From an uncultured cyanobacterium (GTDB lineage: Bacteria; Cyanobacteriota; Cyanobacteriia; Cyanobacteriales; Cyanobacteriaceae): a stretch of 64,000 nt of DNA. The notes below the pieces were generated by a model, which was not told where the DNA came from, searched no databases, and was given only the letters and a program-made list of their open reading frames with translations. Shown here piece by piece: positions 38,347-49,939 of this stretch. The translations under genes were made by a program, and so were the position numbers. The first letter of the stretch is position 1. Every line of letters starts with the position of its first letter. The stretch spans positions 96,001 through 160,000 of the forward strand of contig CAVVOP010000021.1 of assembly GCA_963749915.1 (NCBI GenBank), in the 5' to 3' direction.

Positions 38347-41148
38347 CTAATTTTTCAGATACTTAGCTAAGTAAGATTTTTTAGATTGAGCGATTTTTTC
38401 TGGTGTGCCAATGGCGATTAATTCACCGCCTTTATCGCCACCTTCTAAGCCTAAATCGATAATCCAATCCCCACATTTTATTACATCTAAATTATGTTCA
38501 ATAACGACGATGGAATTGCCTTTGTCTGCTAATTTTTGCAAGACATTTAATAAGTGGTGAACATCATAAAATGATAGTCCTGTCGTTGGTTCGTCTATTA
38601 AGTATATCGTTTTTCCGGTAGCACGGCGGGACAATTCCGTGGCCAGTTTCACCCGTTGTGCTTCTCCTCCTGATAATGTAGTCGCCGATTGCCCTAATTT
38701 GATATAAGTTAAACCCACGTCAACTAAGGTTTGTAGGCGATTCACCGCCCGGGGGATATTTTCAAATACTTGTAAGGCTTCCTCCACTGTCATGTCCAAC
38801 ACGTCGGCGACAGAATATCCTTTATACTTAACTTGTAAGGTTTCCCTGTTATACCTTGCACCCTTGCAGATTTCACATTGTACATAAACATCGGGTAAAA
38901 AATTCATGGAGATGATATTAACCCCTTGCCCTCCACAGGCTTCACATCTTCCTCCCTTAACGTTGAAAGAAAATCGCCCTGGTTTATAACCCCTTGCTTT
39001 GGCTTCGATGGTTTGAGTAAACATTTCCCGAATTATATCAAAAACCCCCGTATAGGTCGCAGGATTCGATCGAGGGGTGCGCCCAATGGGGGATTGATCG
39101 ATGACAATAACTTTATCAACAGCTTCTATCCCCTCAAGAGATTCTAATTCTTTAGGGAAAGGTACGTTACGGTTAAGATGATGTTGTAGGGCAGGATATA
39201 ACAATTCATTGACGAGGGTAGATTTTCCTGAACCTGAGACCCCAGTGACACAGACGAATTTACCTAAAGGTATCTCGACGTCAATGTTTTTCAAGTTATT
39301 ACGGTGACAGTTTTTCAGAGTTAAAAATTTCCCGTTGCCTTTCCTTTTTGTTTCTGGTATCTCAATTTTTCTCCTACCTGATAAATAAGCCCCTGTTAAG
39401 GATTTGTCACATTGTAAAAGTTGCTGAAAATTCCCTTGAACGACGATTTCGCCCCCGTGTGTCCCTGCTTTAACCCCAATATCAACAATATAATCGGCGG
39501 TCTTGATTGTATCTTCATCATGTTCTACAATAATTAAAGTATTATCGAGATCCCGTAATTTTTTTAAGGTTTCCAATAGTCGATGGTTATCTCGTTGATG
39601 TAAACCGATACTAGGCTCGTCTAAAACATATAATACTCCAGTCAATCCTGATCCGATTTGAGTGGCTAATCTGATTCGTTGTGCTTCTCCTCCTGATAAA
39701 GTCATGGCAGTTCGATCTAAACTGAGATAGTCTAAACCGACATCAAGTAAAAATTTGAGACGTGCTTTGATTTCTCTTAATGCCAAGTCTGCGATAAGTG
39801 CTTGTTTGGGCGTTAACTGTATCCGGTTAATTCGGTTGGCACATTCTCCAATGGAGACGCTGGTTAAGTTATCGATATTGTATTGCCCTAATTTGACGGC
39901 AAGAGCTTCGGGTTTTAGCCGTTTTCCGTGACAAACTTCGCAGGGTTTATATTCCAAGTATTGCTCTAATTTTTGCTTGATAACCTCCGAGTTACTTTCT
40001 TGATAGGTTTTATCCAACATGGGAATCACGCCACGATAGTAACCATACTGGGTGTTTTGAATCTCCTTATCACCATATAACAAAATGTGCTTTTGTTGCT
40101 CTGTTAAAGTATGGTAGGGTTGGGTTAATTTAAACTTATATTCTTGAGAAACATATTCTAAAAGTGATTCATAGTAGGGGTTATCCTTTTCCGCCCAAGG
40201 TGCGATCGCTTTTATTACCATTGCAGTGGGATCCGGGACAATCAAATCAGGTGAAAATTGCCTTAAACTGCCCAACCCGTGACAATTTGGACAAGCACCA
40301 TAGGGTGAGTTAAAAGAAAAAAGGCGGGGTGACAATTCCTCCATTACTGCCCCATGAGTAGGACAAGCAAATTTTTCCGAAAACACCATTTCTCGATGCT
40401 CTCCTCTTATGGGAGGGGGATCGAAGACGGGGGTATTTTCCCCTATAATCTCGACAATGGCGATACCGTCAGCAATTTTTAAACAAGTAGAGAGAGAGTC
40501 GGCTAACCTTTCTTGAAGATTGGCCTTGATAATAAGGCGATCAATTAAAACACTGATATGGTGATGTTGTTGACTTTTGAGCTGAATATTGTCCGCTAAA
40601 TCTCGAATTTTCCCGTTAATCTTCGCCCTCACAAAGCCTTGGGATCTTAAACTGGATAATAGTTGATGATGATTACCTTTTTTTCCTCTAATAACGGGCG
40701 CTAATAAATGTATCTTGGTTTTTTCCGGTAACGATAAAACTCGATCGCACATCTCGTCAATGGTTTGCGGAGTGATAGAATGATCACATAGTGGACAATG
40801 GGGCGTTCCGGCCCTACCATAGAGTAATCGTAAATAATCGTAAATTTCGGTGACTGTACCTACCGTTGATCGAGGATTATGGGAAGTGGATTTTTGATCG
40901 ATAGAGATAGCAGGAGATAACCCCTCAATACTATCCACGTCAGGCTTGTCTAATTGCCCTAAAAATTGTCTTGCATAGGAACTCAAAGACTCTACATATC
41001 TGCGTTGTCCTTCAGCGAAAATAGTATCGAAGGCAAGAGAGGATTTGCCACTACCAGAAACTCCAGTAAAGACAATTAATTTATTACGGGGTAAATCTAA
41101 ATCAATATTTTTCAGATTGTGTTGTCTCGCACCACGAATACGAATCAT
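38347..41148 (-). CDS. uvrA: Excinuclease ABC subunit A
   Basis: GARQHNLKN, two GVSGSGKS P-loops, zinc fingers, two LSGGEAQR motifs. Confidence 0.98.
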   Translation of the reverse strand: MIRIRGARQHNLKNIDLDLPRNKLIVFTGVSGSGKSSLAFDTIFAEGQRRYVESLSSYARQFLGQLDKPDVDSIEGLSPAISIDQKSTSHNPRSTVGTVTEIYDYLRLLYGRAGTPHCPLCDHSITPQTIDEMCDRVLSLPEKTKIHLLAPVIRGKKGNHHQLLSSLRSQGFVRAKINGKIRDLADNIQLKSQQHHHISVLIDRLIIKANLQERLADSLSTCLKIADGIAIVEIIGENTPVFDPPPIRGEHREMVFSEKFACPTHGAVMEELSPRLFSFNSPYGACPNCHGLGSLRQFSPDLIVPDPTAMVIKAIAPWAEKDNPYYESLLEYVSQEYKFKLTQPYHTLTEQQKHILLYGDKEIQNTQYGYYRGVIPMLDKTYQESNSEVIKQKLEQYLEYKPCEVCHGKRLKPEALAVKLGQYNIDNLTSVSIGECANRINRIQLTPKQALIADLALREIKARLKFLLDVGLDYLSLDRTAMTLSGGEAQRIRLATQIGSGLTGVLYVLDEPSIGLHQRDNHRLLETLKKLRDLDNTLIIVEHDEDTIKTADYIVDIGVKAGTHGGEIVVQGNFQQLLQCDKSLTGAYLSGRRKIEIPETKRKGNGKFLTLKNCHRNNLKNIDVEIPLGKFVCVTGVSGSGKSTLVNELLYPALQHHLNRNVPFPKELESLEGIEAVDKVIVIDQSPIGRTPRSNPATYTGVFDIIREMFTQTIEAKARGYKPGRFSFNVKGGRCEACGGQGVNIISMNFLPDVYVQCEICKGARYNRETLQVKYKGYSVADVLDMTVEEALQVFENIPRAVNRLQTLVDVGLTYIKLGQSATTLSGGEAQRVKLATELSRRATGKTIYLIDEPTTGLSFYDVHHLLNVLQKLADKGNSIVVIEHNLDVIKCGDWIIDLGLEGGDKGGELIAIGTPEKIAQSKKSYLAKYLKN

Positions 41149-41206
41149 GAATTTTCAGTAATTAGTAAGGAATAAGTTAAGAAAAAGAGTTTTATTCTAG
41201 CTCAAA

Positions 41207-41995
41207 TTATATCTTTTTTCTATGCAAATCTAATACATAATAGTAGAGTGCAACTGGTTTATCAAAAGCTAAAAAATAATCAGGATCTTGGGGTGATAAA
41301 TAAATAGCAGTAACCTGTTGTCCTTGAATATAATCTTTATTAATCAGATGATATTTTGTTGTGGTTTCTACTAAGTTTAAATAAATGCTATTCGGACGAC
41401 GAAAAAATTGTCCAGTGACCTCGCTGGTGAGAAAATATGTATTGGAAAGTGTTTCTTGTTTCCTTCCTATTACTGTAGAAATTAGCTCATTTTCTCCCTC
41501 AAATTTGGTTATCTGTTCCGCAGAATTATCTTTACTAATTATAACATTTTTAATTTTTTTAGCCCCTAAATATGCCTGAGAGATCGATAATCCATTAAAA
41601 GCTCGATCAGGAATAATAACCTCTTCTTTGTTAATAACACTAGCAACAAAATTATCATTTTTAGGGGGTAAAATTATCGGTATGAATTGTACTTGAAAAT
41701 TGATTTCTCTATCTATATATTCAGCATTACTATCAAAACCGGGAGTTTTAAATCTGGGCGATAACGGTGCAATTTGTTCTTTTAAGGTGTTGCCAACATT
41801 CCATCTACCTTCAAACCATGACGGAAAAATTAATTCTTCTCTGGGGGTTGGCAGAGAAAGTTGATGATCCCAATGGGGATATTCTGTTATTCTTTGATCT
41901 AAAGTCTCACTATTAACCTGAGAAATATTGAATAAAAAACTGCCCAATATTGTTATAATAAAAAGAATATTTTTAACAATAAAATAATTATCCAT
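41207..41995 (-). CDS. Hypothetical exported protein (DUF6816-like)
   Basis: Signal-like N-terminus; FPSWFEGRW, DRAFNG, YLSPQDPDYF. Confidence 0.7.
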   Translation of the reverse strand: MDNYFIVKNILFIITILGSFLFNISQVNSETLDQRITEYPHWDHQLSLPTPREELIFPSWFEGRWNVGNTLKEQIAPLSPRFKTPGFDSNAEYIDREINFQVQFIPIILPPKNDNFVASVINKEEVIIPDRAFNGLSISQAYLGAKKIKNVIISKDNSAEQITKFEGENELISTVIGRKQETLSNTYFLTSEVTGQFFRRPNSIYLNLVETTTKYHLINKDYIQGQQVTAIYLSPQDPDYFLAFDKPVALYYYVLDLHRKKI

Positions 41996-42167
41996 AAATA
42001 TAAAAGCTCAAAAATATTTATAATAAATTTTCAAATTTTAAGGCTTATGGTGAAGGCTAAAGCCTTTTTATCCTTAACATATCAAGATTTTAACACCCGA
42101 AAGGGCTTCCCAAGAACTTAAACTAATTAGCTCCATTACTTACTATTTTATTATTAACTATAATTAC

Positions 42168-42584
42168 ATGGCACTAACACTAAATAACTTAATTTCAATG
42201 GCAGAAGATCAATTAACACAATATAGCACCGATGCCCTGAAAGTTGAAAAGTTGCGCCGTAAAATTGGGATCGCTTTAACTTTTAAAGAACAACAAAAAT
42301 TAAAGGAAGAATTATTGGCGAACATGCCTCGAGGATTTTGGGCAAAAAAGTTGGAAAAAGAGCGTCAAACTTTTGCTTTACCTTTTTGGGGTATTGCCGG
42401 ATTAGGTTTATTATTAGGCATTTCTTCTCAACAATATTTAGATTTCCTCGCCCCAGCGATCGCACTTCCTATTGCTATTAAAATTCAACAAATGGGATGG
42501 AAACTTCAAGCCCAAACTTTACTATTAAAAACTTTTGAAGACATCGAAAAAAGGTTAAAAAATGCCAATAATTCACCAGGGTAA
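42168..42584 (+). CDS. Hypothetical membrane protein
   Basis: 138-aa ORF with hydrophobic hairpin LPFWGIAGLGLLLGIS. Confidence 0.75.
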   Translation: MALTLNNLISMAEDQLTQYSTDALKVEKLRRKIGIALTFKEQQKLKEELLANMPRGFWAKKLEKERQTFALPFWGIAGLGLLLGISSQQYLDFLAPAIALPIAIKIQQMGWKLQAQTLLLKTFEDIEKRLKNANNSPG

Positions 42585-42694
42585 TCGTATTTTAATCGAC
42601 TGGCTGAATAAACATAAATTGAAATGAAAGGAAAAAGAGGTTAGGGTATGATTTTATTGGGACCGGAGCTAAAATTTATTGATATTGATCAGCA

Positions 42695-43588
42695 ATGACA
42701 GAAAAAGAAGTAATCGGCGTAGATTTAGGCGGAACTGCCATAAAATTAGGTAGATTCCTCGAAAATGGCACTTGTTTAGAATCCGTCACCATTCCTACTC
42801 CCCAACCTGCCATCCCCTCCGTTGTTATCGATGCGATCGCATCGATGGTGAATCAATTAAATGATCATAAAAAAGCTGTCGCCTTAGGCATTGGGACACC
42901 AGGGCCCACCGATGTGGAAAGCAGAATCGCTTTAGTAGCCATTAATTTAAGTGGTTGGCAGAATGTACCCCTAGCCGATGAATTAGAGCCAAAAACGGGG
43001 TTAAAAACTATTATCGCTAATGATGCTAACTGTGCAGGATTGGGGGAAGCATGGCTAGGAGCAGGGAAAAACTATCAAAATATGATACTACTAACTTTAG
43101 GCACAGGAGTAGGTGGTGCAATCATTCTCAATGGGAAACTATTTACGGGACGTTTAGGATCAGCAGGAGAACTTGGTTTAATCACCCTCAACCCCGATGG
43201 TCATAATTGCAATAGCGGTAATCAGGGATCTCTGGAACAATACGTATCCGCCACGGCAATTTATCGAGATACTGGAAAAAACCCCGCTGAACTGGGGCAA
43301 TTAGCTCAAAATAATGACACTGAAGCCTTGAGATTTTGGCAAAATTATGGTATGCAATTAGGGGCGGGATTAGCCAGTCTAATTTATATTCTCACCCCAG
43401 AAGTGATCGTCATTGGCGGTGGTGTTAGTGCTAGTAGTAAATTTTTTCTACCTGCAACAGAAGCAGAAATTAATCGTAGAGTGTTGCTGAGTTCTCGTGC
43501 CGGCTTAAAATTGATGGTGGCAGAATTGGGCAATCAAGCAGGAATGGTGGGTGCAGCAAAATTGGCATGGCAAAATTGGAGGATTTAG
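42695..43588 (+). CDS. ROK family sugar kinase (glucokinase-like)
   Basis: GVDLGGT, NDANCAGLGE, LTLGTGVGG, CNSGNQGSLE. Confidence 0.92.
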   Translation: MTEKEVIGVDLGGTAIKLGRFLENGTCLESVTIPTPQPAIPSVVIDAIASMVNQLNDHKKAVALGIGTPGPTDVESRIALVAINLSGWQNVPLADELEPKTGLKTIIANDANCAGLGEAWLGAGKNYQNMILLTLGTGVGGAIILNGKLFTGRLGSAGELGLITLNPDGHNCNSGNQGSLEQYVSATAIYRDTGKNPAELGQLAQNNDTEALRFWQNYGMQLGAGLASLIYILTPEVIVIGGGVSASSKFFLPATEAEINRRVLLSSRAGLKLMVAELGNQAGMVGAAKLAWQNWRI

Positions 43589-43633
43589 GTCATTGGTGAG
43601 AAGTTAAGAAAATACAATTGCTGGTGAAGACAA

Positions 43634-43780
43634 AATTACGAATTACGAATTACGAATTACGAAGAAAAAATGCTTACCAATTCTGATTTCTGAATTCTCC
43701 CTCACTTATTACTTATTACTTATCCCTCGCAGCAACGTTTTCGGTACTAACCGAGCAGTGACCCCACCTCCCGCACGCCA
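43634..43780. repeat. AATTACG heptamer array, dispersed-repeat end (AACCGAGCAGT) and a degenerate IS1634-like terminal repeat
   Basis: AATTACG x4; 43722-43759 is an inverted relative of 46510-46551; 43763-43780 matches the IS1634 IR at 15/18. Confidence 0.6.
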
Positions 43781-43805
43781 AAATGTTTTCATTCTGAAGG
43801 CATTA

Positions 43806-46133
43806 TTAAACCACGAAAATGTCTTTGCTAGTCATAACCAATCCGGTATTTAAAGTAGCAATTCGTACCGCCGCCTTCGAACCACTACCATCAATATCAA
43901 AGAATAATCCACCATTACTAGAATTGTAGAAGAAACGATGATCTGAAGTAGTCGCCGAGGATCCCAGTTTAAATTTACTTGTTGGTAATGTACCAGCTAA
44001 TAAACCACTGCCAAAACCGCTACGAGAAACAAGAATAGTATCATTAGTTACATTAAAATCAGTAATGCGATCGATTCTTTCACTACTAGAATTAAAGCGG
44101 AAAAAATCATTACCAGCACCGCCAGTAAGAGTATCATTACCGGCACCGCCAGCAAGAGTATCATTACCATTCCCACCGATGAGGGTATCATTACCAGAGG
44201 AGCCTAGCAGGCTATCATTGCTGGCACCGCCATTGATCAAATCATCTCCAGCAAGTGCGACAAGAGTATCATTAAAGGGTGTACCGTTCAAAGTATCGGA
44301 GCTTGAAGTACCAAATTTAAATGGTGATGGTTTAGATAGTGACAATTCAAATGCTCCAATATCGACAATCTTTGAGCCATTCCCGTCGCCATCTTGTGGC
44401 CTCAACTGACCCCGTTGATCAGCTGCCGGAGCCCCATTGTTAACTCCTGCATCGATAGCCTTACTGCCAGATTGCAAAGGATGCACCAGAGTTCCATTAA
44501 CCTCCTTAATGGCTCCCAGATTAGGATTGGCAACCAGAATACCGGGAAGCAGCTTGGGACCATCAGGAAACTGAAGATTTCCACCGCCGTTCTTTATTGG
44601 ACGGTTGGTTTGTTGGTTCTTATTGAAAGATACCCCCGTATCAGTGGAAGTGTTGTTGGCAAAAATAGTGTTGCGCACAGTGGTCAAATTGTTACTGCCC
44701 TGGGCAAGTGCACCTGAAAATTTAGCACTATTATTCGCAATGGTTACGTTTGTTAGCTTCAGGGGACTGTAGGTAGTGAGGGCACCCCCAAAGTTGTTCG
44801 GTGCACTATTATTCGAGAACGTACTATTGGTAATTATGGAATTGGTATTAAAGACCCAGAGTCCGCCACCCTGACTATTCGCCACGTTATTCACAAAGCT
44901 GCTATTGCTAATCTTCAAACTACCCGCTGCATTTAAAGAATTGCGAACATGGTTGATTGCTCCACCGTTGCCTTTGTTGCCTCCCCCTGTGAGGGCAGCG
45001 ACTTGGTTATTCCGAAAGATAGTATTTTCGATGGTAACCTTATCCTCCGGATCTGCGAAGAGATAGGCTGCCCCACCTTCGCCTTCTGCCCGATTACCTT
45101 CAAACTTGCTATTGCGGATGATCAGATTATCATTGAGCCTATCGATGTAAAGTGCCCCCCCATGACCTCGTAAAAAGTCTCTGGGTTTACCCTTAGCAAA
45201 GAATGCGGCAGTGGTGTCATTATTGAGGAAGCGCGAACCTTCGATGGTTACTTTCCCGTTAATAACATTGATGGCAGCACCGTTAATTCCTTTATTACCA
45301 ATAAAATCGCTATTTTGTATCACTAAAGCACTACCGCTCGGGGCAAAGCCCACGAAAGCAATGCCGCCAGCCCCTCGCTCATTATTGCCACTGGTGGCTT
45401 TGTTATTCTCAAAGCGACTATCAATAACCGTAACCCCTCCAGAGCGAGAATTAGTCCAGATGGAAGCCCCTCCATTGGTCGCAACATTGTTCCTAAAAGT
45501 CACGTTTTTGACCGTCAGACTACCGAGATCTTCTGTTTGAATAGCACCACCTCGATCCTTGGAAAAGCCATTCACTAGGGTCAGATTCCGAATCGTGAGG
45601 TCGGTCTGAAAATCTACGTTGGAAAGGGCATGAAAAATACGTGACTTGTTGTTTCCGCTGACCTTGAGATTCGCTGCGTTAGCTCCATCGATAATCAAGT
45701 TTTTCCCCGCTGCGATGGTTATCTCTCCGCTGGTCAGGGTAATGGTTTTATTTGCCAAATTTGCAGCAAAGATAATCAGATCCCCCGATTGTGCTTTATC
45801 AATAACATCTCGCAGAGATCCCGTCCCACTGTTGTTAGTGTTCGTAACAACCTTTGATGACACGGTCGCAGCATTAATGGCTGCAAAAGAGGTCACATTT
45901 CCACCGAGAGCATCAGATCCGAACATGAAGTTATCAATATTGGGCAGACGGCGGCTTCCCAGGTTTTGGCGGATATTGTCGTCATCCCTAGCAAAGACAT
46001 TATTACTTCCATCGGTAGATCCTAGAGAATAAAGTCCCTCATTTTCATCGATAGTTATTGGGATGCTTCGACTATTGGCACTCAAGTTTTGTCCGTTGAT
46101 CTCAGAGACCGAAAAATCCCTGACATCCACCAT
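43806..46133 (-). CDS. Secreted right-handed beta-helix protein with RTX Ca-binding repeats
   Basis: Repeated F..N.A..GGA motifs, DQRG..DIGAFE (choice-of-anchor Q-like), GGxGNDxL nonapeptides; ORF is open to 46388 and ATG 46133 is a guess. Confidence 0.85.
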   Translation of the reverse strand: MVDVRDFSVSEINGQNLSANSRSIPITIDENEGLYSLGSTDGSNNVFARDDDNIRQNLGSRRLPNIDNFMFGSDALGGNVTSFAAINAATVSSKVVTNTNNSGTGSLRDVIDKAQSGDLIIFAANLANKTITLTSGEITIAAGKNLIIDGANAANLKVSGNNKSRIFHALSNVDFQTDLTIRNLTLVNGFSKDRGGAIQTEDLGSLTVKNVTFRNNVATNGGASIWTNSRSGGVTVIDSRFENNKATSGNNERGAGGIAFVGFAPSGSALVIQNSDFIGNKGINGAAINVINGKVTIEGSRFLNNDTTAAFFAKGKPRDFLRGHGGALYIDRLNDNLIIRNSKFEGNRAEGEGGAAYLFADPEDKVTIENTIFRNNQVAALTGGGNKGNGGAINHVRNSLNAAGSLKISNSSFVNNVANSQGGGLWVFNTNSIITNSTFSNNSAPNNFGGALTTYSPLKLTNVTIANNSAKFSGALAQGSNNLTTVRNTIFANNTSTDTGVSFNKNQQTNRPIKNGGGNLQFPDGPKLLPGILVANPNLGAIKEVNGTLVHPLQSGSKAIDAGVNNGAPAADQRGQLRPQDGDGNGSKIVDIGAFELSLSKPSPFKFGTSSSDTLNGTPFNDTLVALAGDDLINGGASNDSLLGSSGNDTLIGGNGNDTLAGGAGNDTLTGGAGNDFFRFNSSSERIDRITDFNVTNDTILVSRSGFGSGLLAGTLPTSKFKLGSSATTSDHRFFYNSSNGGLFFDIDGSGSKAAVRIATLNTGLVMTSKDIFVV

Positions 46134-46509
46134 TTTACCACCTAGTATGTTACAGTCATAACAAATACCTGTGCCTGAATTTATTTTGATGAAGGTACTG
46201 TAATTGTAAGGGTCAACCATTGTAGTTTTTGTCATGTCTTTTGTATTTATCAATATTTCTTCTCCTATTAATAAATCTTGATAGTGGGTCGGTTGTTTCA
46301 TTTTCGTCCTTCCTTTTAAAACTTGTGTTTTACCATTTGCAAATCCGATCACTTCTGAAAATATAAGAAACTGATTGGACGAGCCCATAAATTCTATTCA
46401 ATCAAACCTCAAAAGTCAATCTTCAGCTGATCGCCAGGGTAATCGCAGTTATTTTGGGCAAAATGTACTTGACAAAAGTTTACTTGATAAAAGTTCCCAG
46501 AGTGAGAGT

Positions 46510-46658
46510 CAATGCTCCTCGGAAGCGTGCCAAAAAGGTTACTGTGAGGGAAATTCAAAATTCAAAATTCAGAACAAAAATTTGGGCTAATTTATTTCCT
46601 TCTGCCTCCTGCCTTACCCTCGACCACATTGATATTTTCCAAAATCCTCGCAGTATTG
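46510..46658 (+). repeat. Dispersed repeat element with internal AATTCAA heptamers
   Basis: CAATGCTCCTCGG start, GCAGTATTG end; last 57 bp match 12254-12310. Confidence 0.8.
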
Positions 46659-46745
46659 GAGTGAGAGTAATTGTTAACAAAATCTGACTTCTACTAGGAT
46701 AAGCACCATTCATCTACAATCCTTAATGCTTTTTCATGAGTCAAA

Positions 46746-47423
46746 TTATTCCGATTCTTCCGCTAAATTCAAAGTTAATAAACCTTTGGGGGGATTAATC
46801 TCAATGATGCCTTTTTCCAGGTTAATGACTGGCACAATATCTTTCACGAAAGGAATTAAAACGGCAACAGCTTTGTGTTTTTTGATCTTAAATTTTTTCC
46901 TCTTGGATATTCGACTCACTTTATTCAAATCGGGAAGAATGTCTGGTTGTAATTCTGGCTGATGATGTAAAGTTACTTCCAAAATATCATTACCAGCACT
47001 AAAAACCTCCGTGATGATGCCAATATTTTCCCCTGTTTGTTGGTCATATACTTGTAAATTAATTAAGTCCCCAACGTGATACTCTTCTTTTTCTAAGTGC
47101 GGGCGATCGCTTTTTTCGATTAATAACCGACTACCGTACAAACTTTCGGCTTGAGTACGATCGTTAATACCAGCTAACTTAATAATAAAAATATTTTTGC
47201 CCGGAATTTGTTTCCCCCTCACTAATTCAACACATTGGGGTGACTGATGAGGTTGAATTTGTAACCATCGGTTGCCAGATTTTTCAAAACGTTCGGGAAA
47301 ATCAGAGTCAGTTTTTACTTTCAACTCTCCCCGTAATCCTTGTGCTGCAACAATTGTACCAATTTCAATTAAATCTTGAATCTCCAAATTATTTTGCTCT
47401 CCCTTAAAGTAAAACCTCAACAA
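46746..47423 (-). CDS. rimM: 16S rRNA processing protein
   Basis: IGTIVAAQGLRGELKV, SDFPERF, AGNDILEV, LIPFVKDIVP; exact start uncertain. Confidence 0.94.
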   Translation of the reverse strand: MLRFYFKGEQNNLEIQDLIEIGTIVAAQGLRGELKVKTDSDFPERFEKSGNRWLQIQPHQSPQCVELVRGKQIPGKNIFIIKLAGINDRTQAESLYGSRLLIEKSDRPHLEKEEYHVGDLINLQVYDQQTGENIGIITEVFSAGNDILEVTLHHQPELQPDILPDLNKVSRISKRKKFKIKKHKAVAVLIPFVKDIVPVINLEKGIIEINPPKGLLTLNLAEESE

Positions 47424-47619
47424 AAAATTACTTCTATTATTTTATCTTAAGTTTTGGCGAAGTTAGGAATCGGACAATCCTTACACTGTCGAGCTAAAAC
47501 ACTTATCTCAATTTCAGCCATAGCTCGAATTGCCCATTGCTAATTTTTTAATGATTTCTTAACCAAAAATAGACCTAAAGCTGGGACAATATACCCTTAG
47601 TACTTTATATGATTATCTT

Positions 47620-47997
47620 ATGTTAGAGCCCAGTGATGTTATTGATTTGTTTTTTAATCACCTCAAAACTCATCACTTTTCTGCCGGAGAGGTAATTTTC
47701 AGGGCGGCAGAAAAAGGAGATAAAATGTTTGCTTTGATGAAGGGTGAAGTAGAATTATGGCTAAATGATCAAGTGGTTGAGACAATTCATGAACATGATG
47801 TTTTTGGTGAAGGGGCTTTAGTACAATTAGATCACAGTAGAGTTACCACTGCCATTGCCAAAACTGACTGTCAATTAGCGGAATTAAACAAAGAAAGATT
47901 TTTATTTTTACTACAAGAAACTCCTTTATTTGCCCTTGAAATTGTCAGAAGTTTATCCACCCGTTTACGAAAAGTAAAACATAAAAACTCAATTTAA
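47620..47997 (+). CDS. Stand-alone cyclic-nucleotide-binding domain protein
   Basis: GEVIF, GEVEL, FGEGALV..R.TTAIAKTDC; no HTH domain. Confidence 0.88.
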   Translation: MLEPSDVIDLFFNHLKTHHFSAGEVIFRAAEKGDKMFALMKGEVELWLNDQVVETIHEHDVFGEGALVQLDHSRVTTAIAKTDCQLAELNKERFLFLLQETPLFALEIVRSLSTRLRKVKHKNSI

Positions 47998-48000
47998 GCC

Positions 48001-49209
48001 ATGAAAATCTTAGTTCTTAATGCCGGTTCAAGTAGCCAAAAAAGTTGTTTATATGACATTAATTCCCTCGAAAATTTAACTAATCCCCCCCAACCTCTCT
48101 GGGAGGCAACCATCGATTGGACGGTGAATAGTAATTATGGACTACTAAAAGTAGAAGCCAATGAAGAAAAGATAACCGTTGAATTACCGGCTGATAGTCG
48201 TATAACTGGCATTAAGACTATGGTTGAAACCATGATAACGGGCAAGACGAGGGTTTTAGATCAATTAACAGATATAAATGTAGTTGGTCATAGAGTAGTA
48301 CATGGCGGAAATAAATATTCAGAGGCCACCTTAATTACTAGGGAAGTCAAGGAAACCATTAAACAATTAATACCCCTTGCACCTAATCATAATCCTGCCC
48401 ATTTAGAAGGAATTAATAGTATAGAAGGTATTTTAGGAGATATTCCACAATTAGCCGTTTTTGATACGGCTTTTCATGCTACTATTCCTGATTATGGCAA
48501 AATATATCCTATTCCTTACGAATGGTATCAAAAAGATATACAGCGTTATGGTTTTCACGGCATTTCCCATGAATATGTGTCCCAACGCACGGCAGAAATT
48601 CTCAATCAACCTTTAGATAGTTTAAAGTTGATTACCTGTCATTTAGGCAATGGTTGTTCCATAACTGCGATTAAAGAAGGAAAAAGTATTAATACCAGTA
48701 TGGGGTTTACCCCCCTTGAAGGGGTGATGATGGGTAGTCGTAGCGGTTCCATCGACCCTGCCATTTTAATCCATTTAATGAGAGAATATAACTATAATGC
48801 CGATCAATTAAACGAAATGCTCAACAAAAAGTCAGGCTTACTGGGTATTTCCGGCATTTCTGCGGATTTACGCACAGTTTTAACTGCCATGAATGAAGGA
48901 GAAAAACTAGCTAAATTAGCTGTGGATATTTATCTTCATCGTCTCCAAGAGGTAATTAGTAGTATGTTACCCTCTCTCGGAGGATTATCGGCTTTAGTTT
49001 TTACCGCAGGAGTTGGCGAAAATTCCGCTTTTATTAGAGAACAAATTTGTGACAAATTCAGTTTTTTAGGCTTAAAGTTGGATAACGAGAAAAATAATCA
49101 ACCCTGTCGAGATACCAATATCGCCGCCGATGATTCTTTAGTAAAAGTATTAGTAGTACATACTCAAGAAGATTGGGCGATCGCCAAACAATGTCTTAAG
49201 ATAATGTAA
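48001..49209 (+). CDS. ackA: Acetate kinase
   Basis: LVLNAGSSSQK, GHRVVHGG, FDTAFH, YGFHGISH, FTAGVGENS. Confidence 0.96.
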   Translation: MKILVLNAGSSSQKSCLYDINSLENLTNPPQPLWEATIDWTVNSNYGLLKVEANEEKITVELPADSRITGIKTMVETMITGKTRVLDQLTDINVVGHRVVHGGNKYSEATLITREVKETIKQLIPLAPNHNPAHLEGINSIEGILGDIPQLAVFDTAFHATIPDYGKIYPIPYEWYQKDIQRYGFHGISHEYVSQRTAEILNQPLDSLKLITCHLGNGCSITAIKEGKSINTSMGFTPLEGVMMGSRSGSIDPAILIHLMREYNYNADQLNEMLNKKSGLLGISGISADLRTVLTAMNEGEKLAKLAVDIYLHRLQEVISSMLPSLGGLSALVFTAGVGENSAFIREQICDKFSFLGLKLDNEKNNQPCRDTNIAADDSLVKVLVVHTQEDWAIAKQCLKIM

Positions 49210-49239
49210 CAGGTAAAATGCGCATTATCTATTTAAAAT

Positions 49240-49824
49240 ATGGTTTTTATTTTGACGAATGATGACGGTATCAATGCAAAAGGGATAAAAGCCTTAAAAC
49301 AAGCGGTAAAAGGGGATAAATTTATAGTGGCGCCTTGTGAACAATTGTCTGGTTGTGGTCATCAAATTACGGCGAGAAAACCTATCACTGTCACGGAAAA
49401 AACTCCTCAAAAATATGCCGTTGACGGGACCCCTGCTGATTGTGTTCGTATTGCTTTAGCCTCACTTTGTCCTCATGGTACCTATGTTTTATCAGGCATA
49501 AATGCTGGGGGTAATTTAGGAGTAGATATATATATTTCTGGTACCGTTGCCGCCGTGAGGGAAGCCGCTATTTTAGGGATTCCTGCCATTGCCATTTCCC
49601 ACGTGATTAAATCACCTTTAAAAATTGATTGGAATTTTGCCACTAAATTAACCGAAAAAGTGTTGAATATATTATTAGAACTCTTGCAAAAATAAAATGA
49701 ATATGATTATCCTAATTGTAATGGGCGATCGCCCAACACCGATGTTGATGTTTGTTTTTCCGGTAGTATTGCTATTAGTTTAATTAGTTTAAATTGTGGG
49801 ATTAATATTAATACTCATAACTAG
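49240..49824 (+). pseudogene. surE: 5'/3'-nucleotidase SurE, interrupted and internally deleted
   Basis: LTNDDG, DGTPADC, SGINAGGN, SGTVAA; stop at 49695 just after a repeat end; C-terminal TDVDVCFSGSIAIS segment resumes in frame after the HIP1 site at 49725. Confidence 0.75.
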
Positions 49825-49939
49825 ATTTTATTTTTATTATTTTGGTGACAACTTCTGATAAATAATGATAAAAAATACGGCAGCTAAACCCATTACTATG
49901 AACTTTTTTAAAATAGATTATTATATCCTAACCTAAATT

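Noticed and set aside
40395..40436. Short Pro-rich, repeat-like segment in uvrA ([14 protein letters not shown])
   Set aside because: Falls in a variable UvrA loop and keeps the frame; resemblance to a palindromic repeat is too weak to call.
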